A stretch of DNA of 62,906 bases, filler included, from Asterionella formosa (taxonomy: Eukaryota), in the NCBI GenBank assembly GCA_002256025.1. It is 17 parts of 17 records of this genome, joined end to end, with 100 filler letters (N's around TTAATTAATTAA, not from the genome) between each part and the next. Parts side by side here need not be neighbours in the genome. Positions count along the whole stretch, not along the records: positions 1 to 20,981 come from NKIB01003172.1; 16 more parts are not named here. One strand, given 5' to 3'. This document shows positions 1-10,770 of this stretch, one piece after another. The translations under genes and the position numbers were made by a program. Below the pieces are notes generated by a model, which saw nothing but the letters and a program-made list of their open reading frames with translations, had not been told where the DNA came from and searched no databases. Each line of letters opens with the position of its first letter. Position 1 is the first letter of the stretch.

Positions 1-79
1 TTGATGTACAGTTGGCTGCAGATGTGTTGGCAAATCTATTCATGTAAACATTGAACGTCATAATCGCAATGGAATTCCC

Positions 80-245
80 ATGGGAATTCCTCAGATTGTC
101 CGCATCCTGCACCATTGTAAAATTAATTGCTCAGTAAAAGACAATTCAATGATATGCAGCGTGTTTGGTGGTTGGATTCAATTTCAAACAACCAAGAGGT
201 CCAACGCAAGAGATTCCGTCCCACCGATATTTCCGGAGCAAAGAA
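80..245 (+). pseudogene. Possible THAP-domain remnant (DNA-transposon derived)
   Basis: Translation NSMICSVF...RDSVPPIFP resembles the THAP C-terminal ICSxHF...AVPTIF signature; the N-terminal part is not recognisable. Confidence 0.3.
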
Positions 246-547
246 TGATCGCAAATTCTGGACAGGCTCACAACAAGGCTCTCTTCAGTTGATTAACTTA
301 AACTGCCGTATTAACTTTCTTTATTTGAAGCCTTCGCCAATTGAGAAAAGTAAAAATAGTTTCTTTGATGAAATAACCACTCAATGATGCATACACTTAC
401 AAAATACACTACCTGGTACCGGTACACTAGACCTAGTTAACCTTGGGAGTTGCGGTAAAAGACGGTTTTTACTATGAGGATAAAACAGATAAATATCTCA
501 TTTACCGCAACTTGCTCGCACTGGTACTCTTTGAAGCACCAGCAAGT
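242..547 (+). repeat. ~305-bp direct repeat, copy 1 (copy 2 at 1138-1444)
   Basis: Near-identical text from agaatgatcgcaaattctggacagg to ttgaagcaccagcaagtt at both sites. Confidence 0.95.
448..512. repeat. Short palindromic MITE-like unit (AGTTGCGGTAA...TTACCGCAACT)
   Basis: 12-bp terminal inverted repeat; further units at 1344-1408, 1439-1525, 43601-43687 and a half unit near 38996. Confidence 0.75.
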
Positions 548-619
548 TAGTTATAAATTGTGAGGTCCGTTTTTTCCCAAAATATTTTTATGATGTACCT
601 CAATCCACAAATCACGTAC

Positions 620-1127
620 AAGTAAATAAAATAGTTAAAGGTTAAAATAGCTTTCACCATTACGACCACTTTGCATATGCTTAGATACTGTCATTTCGCG
701 ACTTAGGGGTATGATCTATATACAGATATGGTAAGGACCCCATTTCTGGAGAGAAGTGGCAGTTATGTATCATAGATTCGTAACTACCGCAAAAATAGTC
801 AAAAAAAGGGGCTACGAAGCTTTTCAAAAAATCTACGATACATAACTGCCACTTCTCTCCAGAAGTTAACTCCTGACGTTATAGGGTACACGGCTATCTA
901 TTTTATTAATCGTCATGAAACCCCGTAGATGTAGAGCAATTCTCTTCCAAAAAGTCGACCCGATCGGTTTTTTCAACAGTCGCCAAAATATTGGAAACGG
1001 AATTAGTACCTGCAAAAACGTTCTCGTAGACTTAGAGTCTTGCGTGGGTATGTTTTGCTGAATAATTCTCTGTCCGAAAAGACTCCAGGGTAAGTTCCCG
1101 CGTCACTACACATATTCTGATTGGTTG
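620..1127 (+). repeat. Non-coding module with a 35-bp internal inverted repeat (744-778 / 830-864), copy A
   Basis: ttctggagagaagtggcagttatgtatcatagatt pairs with aatctacgatacataactgccacttctctccagaa (1 mismatch); collinear with 55106-55600. Confidence 0.8.
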
Positions 1128-1137
1128 AATTGAATTT

Positions 1138-1444
1138 AGAATGATCGCAAATTCTGGACAGGCTCACAACAAGGCTCTCTTCAGTTGATTGGCTTAAACT
1201 GCCGTATTAACTTTCTTTATTAGAAGCCTTCGCCAATTGAGAAAAGTAAAAATAGTTTCTTTGATGAAATAACCACTCAATGATGCATACACTTACAAAA
1301 TACACTACCTGGTACCGGTACACTAGACCTAGTTAACCTTGGGAGTTGCGGTAAAAGACGGTTTTTACTATGAGGATAAAACAGATAAATATCTCATTTA
1401 CCGCAACTTGCCCGTACTAGTACGCTTTGAAGCACCAGCAAGTT
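1138..1444 (+). repeat. ~305-bp direct repeat, copy 2
   Basis: Differs from 242-547 by only a handful of substitutions and indels. Confidence 0.95.
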
Positions 1445-1632
1445 GCGGTAATTTTGCTTAACTAACAATTTAATAAAGGATAAAGATAGCTAAACTTTTA
1501 GTTTCAGCAAAATTACCGTAAGTTGCGGATACAAGGCACCTGAAAAACTGCTTTGAACCTCCATTCCACTACGTTCGATAGATAGGTACGACTAAACACT
1601 GAGAGAAATATTCATTTCAATCAGCCGAGTTA

Positions 1633-1855
1633 GGACTGCTCTTATCAATCTGTCAGTGGTCGTCATCGGTGTATCATCTCCGCAATATGATACAAAAATG
1701 GCGGTTTGGGTTTTTTGTGTATCACCAATGGTTTTTTCGGTCTGATCACTGCTGTATCATGGGTGTATCACTGATACAGTTTTTGTACCCCTGACCAATG
1801 CTGTATCAGTGATACAGCCGTTAATCGCAGTGTATCACGTCTGTTGTCACTGACA
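1633..1855 (+). mobile_element. PIF/Harbinger-type terminus with TGTATCA subterminal repeats
   Basis: tta|ggactgctcttatca resembles taa|gggtcgttcttatca upstream of the Harbinger transposase at 43716; both are followed by clustered TGTATCA motifs. Confidence 0.6.
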
Positions 1856-3354
1856 AAATAAATGTAAACACAACAGCACCAACTATATAAATTTTTTTAT
1901 GGATGGGAAAATCAACATCAGCAACACAGCGCAACATGAAAACACCACTGGTGCAATCGATTGATCTAATGGTATCTACTATAATTCAAAGTCTAGCCTC
2001 ACACCACTTTTGCAAGCCCTTTTGTCATATGATAGTACTGTTGTAGTCGTGTTACTAGCAGTCAAAGCTTTAGTTGTTACTGGAACAAATCAATAGTTCT
2101 ATTTGCATTCCTATGGGCCCCAGTTCTGCATGTATTTTATTTATAGTTTTCTTTTAGTTAAGTAATCATGATTGGATTTTATTTTATCATCTACACAGCA
2201 GTAGAATTCGTATTATTATGCAATTGATCATCTACATCGAGAATAACTTCCTTAACAGAATCTTCAATCTTGACAATTACGTCTAGAAAAGTAAAAATTG
2301 TCACACCATAAGCTCGCATGTTTGGTCGTCTTTTTGTTTTCGCCTTAGAGTATTTTAACAGGCAGTTCAATAACTACTGCAGTACAATCTAAATATTTCA
2401 TGGCCTCTATTTTGTCATGTGCAGTTCTCCTTGAAAGATACCTAACTCTGCACATTTGACCTTCTGGACGGAGGTAACAGTCCATGGTCACCTTGATAGT
2501 GTCCTCGAGTTCTTGAAGGATCTCTTCCAGCATTGTACACAAAGAGAAGTAAACCGCAGAGCCAACCTTTAGCTACAGTTGATCTACAACAATGATGATG
2601 GGCACAACTGTGGCCATTATTGCTGGCCATCAAGCCATGACCATCAGGAACAGACACATTGGCGATGACAACATTCATGTTGGCGATAAAAATAATGATG
2701 ATTATTAGGATGATGGGCAAAATCATATTAGAAAAATCAACACATTTGCATTGCTTGATATATACATATACCCAATGTAAATACTGGTATGTATGTTAAA
2801 TTGGTTCGATTAATTTATTTAGATGCTAAATATTTAATTGCAGACACAGACTTTATGTTCACATCTATGTAACTCATACCAAATACATATTTTCGAGTAA
2901 GCCAACCCTCATGTAGAAAGATGGTATGTTGTCTACATAATCCATCGTAAATAAGCTGCTTGGCACTTGAGGATCTTCGGAAAATCGATGCAAACTACCA
3001 ATATTATTGGACAGACCAGGTACCAGGAGGTACAACTGCCTCATTATTTATTATTATAAATGTGGCACAGAGTTAAGAAATACAGCACCCCACATCCACA
3101 CTACGAGCTGCTCCAGTTTTGTAAAGGTGTACTCCAGTACCTGAAAAAGTTTTGGTAAGACTACCAGGTACCAAGGGCTACCTGGTATAACTAATAATGA
3201 CTCGCTGGTGAAAAATGGATGTTGTTGCCTTTGCAACATCGATTAACACGCAAGGTTCATTCAGTTCTCACCAGTACCGGTATCCATTTATACACCCAAT
3301 AATCGAAACATTCTCCGAGACTTTATTAATATTTCTGTTAAACACTTTAGGGAC

Positions 3355-5607
3355 TCATTTACGATACGAGTAGTTACTGTCTTCTGCACCAGCACGACTG
3401 CCACCTTTGGGTGTAGTCAAAATGGTTAACATACGTTCAAATTCTGACTTGCGGGCCATGATGGTTGTAATTTCCGACACAGTCATACGGCTGACATCCT
3501 CGCCATCAATAGACACAATCCGATCACCCGGAGAGATCTTTTCCGCCAACACAGACGAGGTACGCACACCAGACACAACAGTTCCTTTGGAATCGGCCTT
3601 GTTAGCCAAAATAATTCCAAGTTTACCTGGAGGGGCAACGACCGAAATCTTGCTGCGCATTGTGATAATCCCTCCACCGACAGATCTGCGAGAAGTTCGA
3701 GAATTTCTACTTGCACGAGAGGCGGCTCCAATGCTACCGCCATTGACACTCGTTTCTCCGGTTCCGCCTTCCTGTGAGCCCACCATTGCCAATTGCATTT
3801 CCAAACGGAGCAAATCGTTTGCAACACTTCGAGACTGCTCCGACATTTGCGAGATGTAAGATCGAGTCGACTTGTGCGAATATCGGCTTTCGCGACTTCC
3901 GCGACTGTTAATTGATTCATTCGAAGACTTAGGGCGACGGGGGCGAGAATTCCTTGATGAGATATGAGAGCGGTGAGACTTGTTGCCCGTCGACGACTTG
4001 GACCGACCACTTAGCGACTCCATGTCAGCAGCCACACCACGAGGGCCCAAGGCGCCAGCTACTTCATCGAAGAGAAAATCTTCATTTTCCGATGAATGAT
4101 CCGAATCTCCACCATTCGACGACTGTGCCCGGTGTCTTCGGCTCGATGAGGTCCCGTCTACTCGCCGACGTTCTCTGATACGTTCCTTTGCGGAGAAGTC
4201 CGAGGTATTGGTCCCAGATTCACGAGATCCTAAAGAGCGATGGGAGGAACGACTCTTGCTGGAACGAAGGCGTGATGCATTGGTCGCTTCTAAGCTTGAA
4301 ATGATGTCCGAGACAGATGTCGCCCCGGAAGTTGACCGAATTTGGGTCGACGATCGAAGTCCATGAAATTCACGCAAATACTGAGCCGTGATAGCAGGAG
4401 CCGAATTCACAGAGTTTCCTCTGCGGCTACTGCTTGTCCGCTTGGCTTGAGCCAATAAGTCCGAGAGGGAAGTATCACGTTGCCCGTGAGAGGCAGACGC
4501 GCTCAAGTTGCGGTTGCTCTGAGAGCCACGGGAGTCTGGTGTTCCTTCGACAACCCTGCGAGAACTTACCGCACGTTTGGCGGTTGACAATGCCTTTGGA
4601 TCTGCAAAGGCAACTGCGTCAAAGTTGGCAAAATCAGCAAATCCAACCTGATTACGGTTTGCTGCCTCTTGAACGGGCACCTTGTGAATACTGCCTGTAC
4701 GTGGAGAGACTCCATTTTCCTTCGAGGAATGCGAAGGCGACAAGGTCCAAGCTCTCATGTCATCCTCAGTAACGTGAGATGGATTCTTGATGGACCGATC
4801 CTTGCTGGTTTTACTGACAGCGACCAAAGGGCTGGCGTTGATTGATCCAACATCAGTACCTTCATCGTCCGTTTGGAGGGCAGGGAAAATACCTGTTTGT
4901 TCGTCGTCAGTCTGTGAGCTCAAACCGGAAGTGTTCAAAGCAGATGTGTTTTGAGAGTTAACACGGAGCGATGTTTTCATGGCATTGTACTCTTCGTCTT
5001 CGTTATCTGTTGATAGATTAAAATCTGAGTCGGATTGGTACGCCAAATCGTCCATTGGATGACCTCCTTGAGGTGACAGCGGAACAGACTCTTTCATTGC
5101 ATACAAGTGATGAGGATGCTGTTGCGAGGCTTGCTGGTTCAATCGTTGAAGCTGCTGGAAAGAAAGACCATTGTCTGAAAATCTGAGTCGGTCAACGTTC
5201 TCATTGTCGGACTCGTCGAAGTCGGTGTCATCCAAATCAATCGGGCCTAGTCCTGGAGAAAGCTTGGTTTGTGGGGCCATGACTTCGAAACCGTTGTTGT
5301 TGCTGTTGTTCGCGCGAGGTGATAAAACCGACTTCTTCTGTTCAGTTTGGATGGAAAGGCCTCTTCCAGAGATGCTTGTAGTCGTTGTAGCAGTGAACGA
5401 CGGGGTTTGACGAATTTCATCCTCCGGGTTGACAGCAGGTTTCTTTTTACCGTTAGAAGTGGTCTTAGTCACCTCCTTTTCGTGAAGTCTCTTTTCACGA
5501 CGAGTCATACGTTTCGTCTTTGATGCTATAGGAGCAGTAGACTCTTGTGTCTCCACAGCAGTGGAGTCATTTTTGCTTCGGCGAAAGAGCTTTCCGAAGA
5601 AACCCAT
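3355..5607 (-). CDS. 750-aa Ser/Arg-rich, largely low-complexity protein with a C-terminal PDZ domain
   Basis: Long uninterrupted ATG-to-stop ORF with higher GC than its flanks; the C-terminal VVAPPGKLGIILA...GTVVSGVRTSSVLAEKISPGDRIVSIDGEDV is a PDZ signature. Confidence 0.9.
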   Translation of the reverse strand: MGFFGKLFRRSKNDSTAVETQESTAPIASKTKRMTRREKRLHEKEVTKTTSNGKKKPAVNPEDEIRQTPSFTATTTTSISGRGLSIQTEQKKSVLSPRANNSNNNGFEVMAPQTKLSPGLGPIDLDDTDFDESDNENVDRLRFSDNGLSFQQLQRLNQQASQQHPHHLYAMKESVPLSPQGGHPMDDLAYQSDSDFNLSTDNEDEEYNAMKTSLRVNSQNTSALNTSGLSSQTDDEQTGIFPALQTDDEGTDVGSINASPLVAVSKTSKDRSIKNPSHVTEDDMRAWTLSPSHSSKENGVSPRTGSIHKVPVQEAANRNQVGFADFANFDAVAFADPKALSTAKRAVSSRRVVEGTPDSRGSQSNRNLSASASHGQRDTSLSDLLAQAKRTSSSRRGNSVNSAPAITAQYLREFHGLRSSTQIRSTSGATSVSDIISSLEATNASRLRSSKSRSSHRSLGSRESGTNTSDFSAKERIRERRRVDGTSSSRRHRAQSSNGGDSDHSSENEDFLFDEVAGALGPRGVAADMESLSGRSKSSTGNKSHRSHISSRNSRPRRPKSSNESINSRGSRESRYSHKSTRSYISQMSEQSRSVANDLLRLEMQLAMVGSQEGGTGETSVNGGSIGAASRASRNSRTSRRSVGGGIITMRSKISVVAPPGKLGIILANKADSKGTVVSGVRTSSVLAEKISPGDRIVSIDGEDVSRMTVSEITTIMARKSEFERMLTILTTPKGGSRAGAEDSNYSYRK

Positions 5608-6939
5608 CGTTGTCGCGGCAATCGTGCGAACGACGGAGTTGGAAAAGGTACACTGACTGGCGATTGGCCCGGTTCGTCAACTTGCTTGATCGCAGACTCT
5701 TCCTATTGAGCTTTACGAAATTTGGGGGCACCGTTCAAACTTTTCAAGCTGCGGCAATGTTGTATAATAAAATGAAACCAGCAACGGGATCAACACACTA
5801 AAATCCCGACGGTTTAAATTAAGGAGAAAAGTTGTCGAAGCCTTTGTGCGTCCTTTTGGTGTTCCTAGTCTGGATCAATTCAGTTCCAGGTACTTTATCA
5901 AGTGGAGATAGTCGAAGCCAATTCAAAATGGAAACAAACGACGAGTGTTGGCACAGCAATGACAGGAATTATTCCAGCGCTGCAATGCAATAAGAAGCGC
6001 CGTCAAGGTTGTTGTTTCATCGGTTGATTTTGCTGTTGGGGGAGCAACGACCAGAGCACGTCTGCTTGCCAAGACTCTGCTTTCTCCAGACCGGTAGATA
6101 TATATATACTGTTTGAACGACCTAGTGAAAACCCGGACGTTGAGGGCTAAATGGTACATATCACATCTATTCCTTGCTCCATAGGTGTGTTGGTATACGA
6201 GGCACTCCAGTACAAGGTCATACCTGTGATAACTGTAAAGCACACGGGCAGTAACGGGTACCGGTAGATACCAGGTACCTGGTACCATGGGATCCCTTTA
6301 CCCATCACAACGGCACTTCGAGCAGTACGTGGCAAAACCTGGTATACCAGGTACTGTGCAAGCTTCGAGAAAAAAGAAATTTACCTGTGTTTTCCTTTTA
6401 TACCGATAGTAAGAATCGTCTTTTACATCTTTTACCACATGTACACATGCAACAATGTCCAAGGTGTTTTCCGGGGTCATCATCAACGCTAAGACTTGTT
6501 TTCGTAGTTTCCATGCGATTTTTGAGGAGGCCAGTCAATAAAACCCTGTAGCACTTTTTGAGGGATGGCCTTAACAGATGCAATTTTATTTTTACTTTAT
6601 CTTCAGAAAAAATGAATGTTTTCAGTGATACATTTCAAATATATATCTCAGTAACAGCAAAATAGTTAGTCTTTTTTTCGTGTCTCCGCAAACATGTGCA
6701 TCAGACTCAGCATTCTGAAATGCAGAAAGATGGTAGTCAATGGTATCCATAAGTAAGTCGCTAGTGAATATTGATATCCACTTATCTCATCATTGCTGAG
6801 TATCAACTCATGAATTCACAATGTTTGCCTCATTGACATGAATGTTTCAGGTTATTGACAGTGTATGCTACATCAGCCAGGGCCGCTAACAAACCCTATT
6901 TTTTAAGTCAACAAGACATTCTCCCAGGCTAGTACAAGA

Positions 6940-7181
6940 GGGGAATGGCTTAGTGGTTAGCACACCCACTGTGGTGGCGGGTTCGATTCCTGCTTTCTCC
7001 ACCTGTCTTTTTCACGTAGTCCCTAGGGTTCCAGGGGTGCAGCTGATGAAACGACAGGTCCTGTTGTACCGTACGGATGAATAAAAACCAGTACTAGTAA
7101 TTGTGTCCATCTATTGGGTGGGCCCGAGGAGTGCAATTATTGGATAGTACCTTTAATGTACTATAAAATTTAATTGAAATT
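6940..7181 (+). mobile_element. tRNA-derived SINE, copy 1
   Basis: A box TGGCTTAGTGG, B box GGTTCGATTCC, AT-rich tail; degenerate 21-bp TSD ttctcccaggctagtacaaga (6919-6939) / ttttcctaggctattacaaga (7182-7202). Confidence 0.88.
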
Positions 7182-7819
7182 TTTTCCTAGGCTATTACAA
7201 GAAGATGTATGAAATTGCGCCACCTCCAAGTTTTTTGGGAACTCATGGAGGGATAAAATCTATCCTGCCCAACAAATCACCTCAGATTGGGCAACTCAGT
7301 TTGATGCACAAATACGCCCTTGGCACATTGTGGCCACTTCCTAGGTTCAAAACAACATCGTCCTGGTGCTTGACACATCGGGTTCCTTAGGCACACATTT
7401 ATGTTTACTCAACAAAATACCAAATTGGCTGAACGACTGAACAAGCACAGGAAAGGCTCAAGAATGATGTACCATCGACACATCAAGAAGTTATAAGTTC
7501 AGCTTATCCAGTTTTACCCTTCTTCCTTTGATTGGAGTCGGCATTGAAGGGAATGTCAAATTTTGACCAAGAAGACGACGATGTGATTTGTCTTGACAAC
7601 GATGATGAAATCGAAGAAGTGAAGAAAAAGGTCGCAATTGTTTGGAAATATGGAAGCCAATGTACAATATATAGACAGTAAGTGAAAAAATGCGAGGTAA
7701 GAAAATCAGAAAAGCCACGTCGCCAGTCAAGGTTATGTGGATGGGGGATCAGTAGGTATATATACATAATTGACATGAGTTCTGCTCATATGCTCATTCT
7801 TTATCAATTATCTGGCTTA

Positions 7820-8059
7820 GGGGAATGGCTTAGTGGTTAGCACACCCACTGTGGTGGCGGGTTCGATTCCTGAATTCTCCACCTGTCTCTTTCATGTAGT
7901 CCCTAGGGTTCCGGGGGGCGCGGCTGACGAAAAGACAGGTCCCGTTGTACCGTACCGGCGAATAAGACCGGTACTAGCTAATTGTGTCCATCTATTTGGT
8001 GGCTGGTGGGCCCAAGTGCAATTACTGGATAGCTTTAATGCACTATAAATTATTTTCAT
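7820..8059 (+). mobile_element. tRNA-derived SINE, copy 2
   Basis: Same head and body as copy 1; perfect 20-bp TSD tttatcaattatctggctta at 7800-7819 and 8060-8079. Confidence 0.92.
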
Positions 8060-8169
8060 TTTATCAATTATCTGGCTTACATCAATAAAGCCTTCCTTGT
8101 AGACTGCTTTCTTGACATTGTTGTCTTATAGACACAATAGAATACATTCAGAACTTGTGGTTTCAACAT

Positions 8170-10770
8170 GATAATTAATAAAGAAAAAGAGAATATCATG
8201 GGAGGTGGCAATACAGCAGCCAATGATGTTGGCGGTGGTGACGTCACACCAAAGGACAAGAAGGAAGGTATTGGAGACATGAAAGCTGCAGTACCAATAT
8301 GGATGTTGCTCCACGGCAGCCCAAGTTTGAAGGAAAATGCGATCAGCTGAACGGACGTGTTTACGGCTGCTTATATGCTCAACAGTCCGACCTATTCATC
8401 ATGACAACCAAGCAAGGAAGTGGCTGAGTTTTGGAACGGACCTACAAGTACAGCGGCAACATCCGATCGGCTGTAGAAAACCAGCAGGCTCCAAACATCG
8501 CTGAGCCATTCGACCCACCAGCTGGCGGCTCCAGGACTCAGGAGCGCAAATGGGAAAATCAAGAAGACGAATGAATTACGTCGACCCCCTACATAAGCGA
8601 AAATATTTAGACCCTCTATTCCCTAGTAGTCTGGCGCCAATTCATGGAAATTATGAGGCAAAAGATCGAGGCCCTGCATTACATGTCGACCAATGATGAT
8701 GGGCTTGCATTGCTCAAAGCCATCAACAACGCTGCTTTTAACTTCCAACGTCAAAAGCATCTTCCTCATTCCTTGTATGAATTGATTCGGTGCTTCTACA
8801 TGACGATTCAAGGAAATACATGATAACCCGGCCGCGCTTCTCGCAAACAGCTCCTAGGCATGGCTGGTAGATGTTATTGGGCATAAAGGAGGAATGGTGT
8901 GACATCAATCAGGCATTCAAAAAGTTATAATGATGGAGAGGGGCATTGATCCGATAAACGCCACAGCCATGCAACAAGTAGAGGTTGAGAAGGAGGCTCA
9001 GAGCCGCTATTTGGCTTGGATAAGGCTAGATTTTGGCGCCTACTCAAGAACACGAAAAATGACTATCTTCAAGGTCAAAATAATTACCCAGCATCAGTCA
9101 CTGCAGCTTATAATCTGCTCACTAATTGGAAACAAGACCCCCGCGATCTCGTCCGTAGCTACAACAAGGGGTCAGGTCGACAATGGAATAGTATCGGTCA
9201 CCAATGTGGATGTTGAACATGTGGAACAAGACATTGCACTTGCAAATAGTGGACGAAATAAATTGGCACACATCACAGGCCAAACATCTGGCAAACAGGG
9301 ACACTTTGTTGACAAATGTAAAGAGGAGCATCAGAAGAATCAAATTGTCTCTACGCTTTTGATGACTGGTATAGAGAATGGAGAGTTCAGCCATGAGGAA
9401 CATTGCCAATTCCTGCAGCATACCCAGGGCGGAGGTCGTATTATCGAAGCTAGATGATAGCGGAAAGATCCCCAAGACCTGGGTCTTGTTAGACAAATCA
9501 GTCTACCTTAGATGTCTTTTACAGTGCAAATCTACTCAAGAACATTAGAAAAGTTGAGGCACATATGGATATTCACTGTAATGCGGGTGTGATTTGCCAG
9601 GATATGGGACTGTGTGGTATCATTGAAATGGTATCAACAACATCTTGTTCTTGGCAAGAATGCAGGAACACAGGTACAGCATAAAAAATTGATAGCGAAT
9701 GTGAAAATGAATTCACCATTCATAAACCAGACAGAACCAGGAGATTGTTTAAACAATCAGATTTTGGTCTATATTTCATGGACAGCAAGGTGGCCAGCAC
9801 TACAGAGGTCTTTTTTGTTAAAATGGTAGGTGTTAAGTGTGATTGATCTCATGCATTGTTCTTATTAGCTCATCAATTCCAAAAGATTTTTGGTATGCCA
9901 AGTAGATGTACCTTCATTCAAAATTTGGAAACAGTTTACGGCCAAACTGCCCAGCACTGACAAAAAGGGACATCATGATGGCAGAAGATATATTTGGTCC
10001 TGGTGTGGGATCACTAAAAGGAAAAACTACTCGACACGGTGCTGATCATGTGAAAGTCAATTTGATTGACATCCCAGCAGAATGGCTTACTAAAATAATA
10101 TCACGATGTCACCTCTCAATATGATTGTGAACAAAATAACTTTCTTTGTAACCATGATGTCCCATAATGTTGAATTCGGGGAAACAGTAATGTTGCAAAA
10201 CCAACAAAGCAAGACGATCACTCTAAGGGCAATTAATCAAGTGAAAAGTTTCTATCTGAAAAGGGGATTTAAGCTCTCCACATTGTGAATGGATGGACAA
10301 TTCGAATCAAGCAGAGGCGACTTGGAGGATATGCAAGTCACTCTCAATCTCGTTTCCAGCGCTGAACACGTTGCCAAGCGAAGGGGAAAGATACATCCGT
10401 ACCAGCAAAGGGTGGGCATGTTGTGTGTACAATACACTTCCATTTCGGCTAATGCCGGCAAGGATGGCTGATCATTGAAATGGTCTATTACGGTGTGTTC
10501 TGGCTTAACAGTTCCTCATCAGAAGATAGAATAGCTATCTCCGAATTTAAGCCCATGTTCCATTGTGATTGGAACACATGACATCGACTACAACAAACAC
10601 TGCAAACTCGAGTTTGGCATGTATGTGCAATTTCATGATGAGCATGACAACTCCATGGCATCGCACTGCGACCAACAAGAAATGAGCAAGCTAATTTTCC
10701 AGTCTCATGAGTGGTCAAGCTCTGAATCGGAACCATTGGAATGCGCTGCCCATGCCGGCAGAGGTAATTA
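8170..10770 (+). mobile_element. Degenerate Ty1/Copia (CoDi-type) gag-protease-integrase region
   Basis: Frameshifted motifs: KNDYLQGQNNYPASVTAAYNLLTNWK (gag), decayed zinc knuckle GKQGHFVDKC, protease IPKTWVLLDKSV, AEDIFGPGVGSLKGKTTR, integrase MDGQFE / EHVA..ERYIRT / DYNKHCKLEFGMYVQ. Confidence 0.85.

Noticed and set aside
448..512. Integron attC-like sites
   Set aside because: GTT and AAC boxes are in the opposite order to attC, there are no cassettes or integrase, and the context is eukaryotic.
3407..5410. Antisense and alternative-frame ORFs over the PDZ gene
   Set aside because: Shadow ORFs of a GC-richer coding region with no recognisable motifs.
6940..7001. Functional tRNA gene
   Set aside because: Only ~62 nt with no proper anticodon arm; embedded in a repeated body with TSDs, so it is a SINE head.
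7015..7095. Hammerhead, HDV-like ribozyme or ykkC-like riboswitch in the SINE body (ctgatga, ggcgaat, ctagggttccg)
   Set aside because: No GAAA after a stem II for a hammerhead and no P2 pairing for an HDV fold; the ykkC resemblance is limited to a short word, and the segment is partly deleted in copy 3. An Infernal/Rfam scan would settle it.
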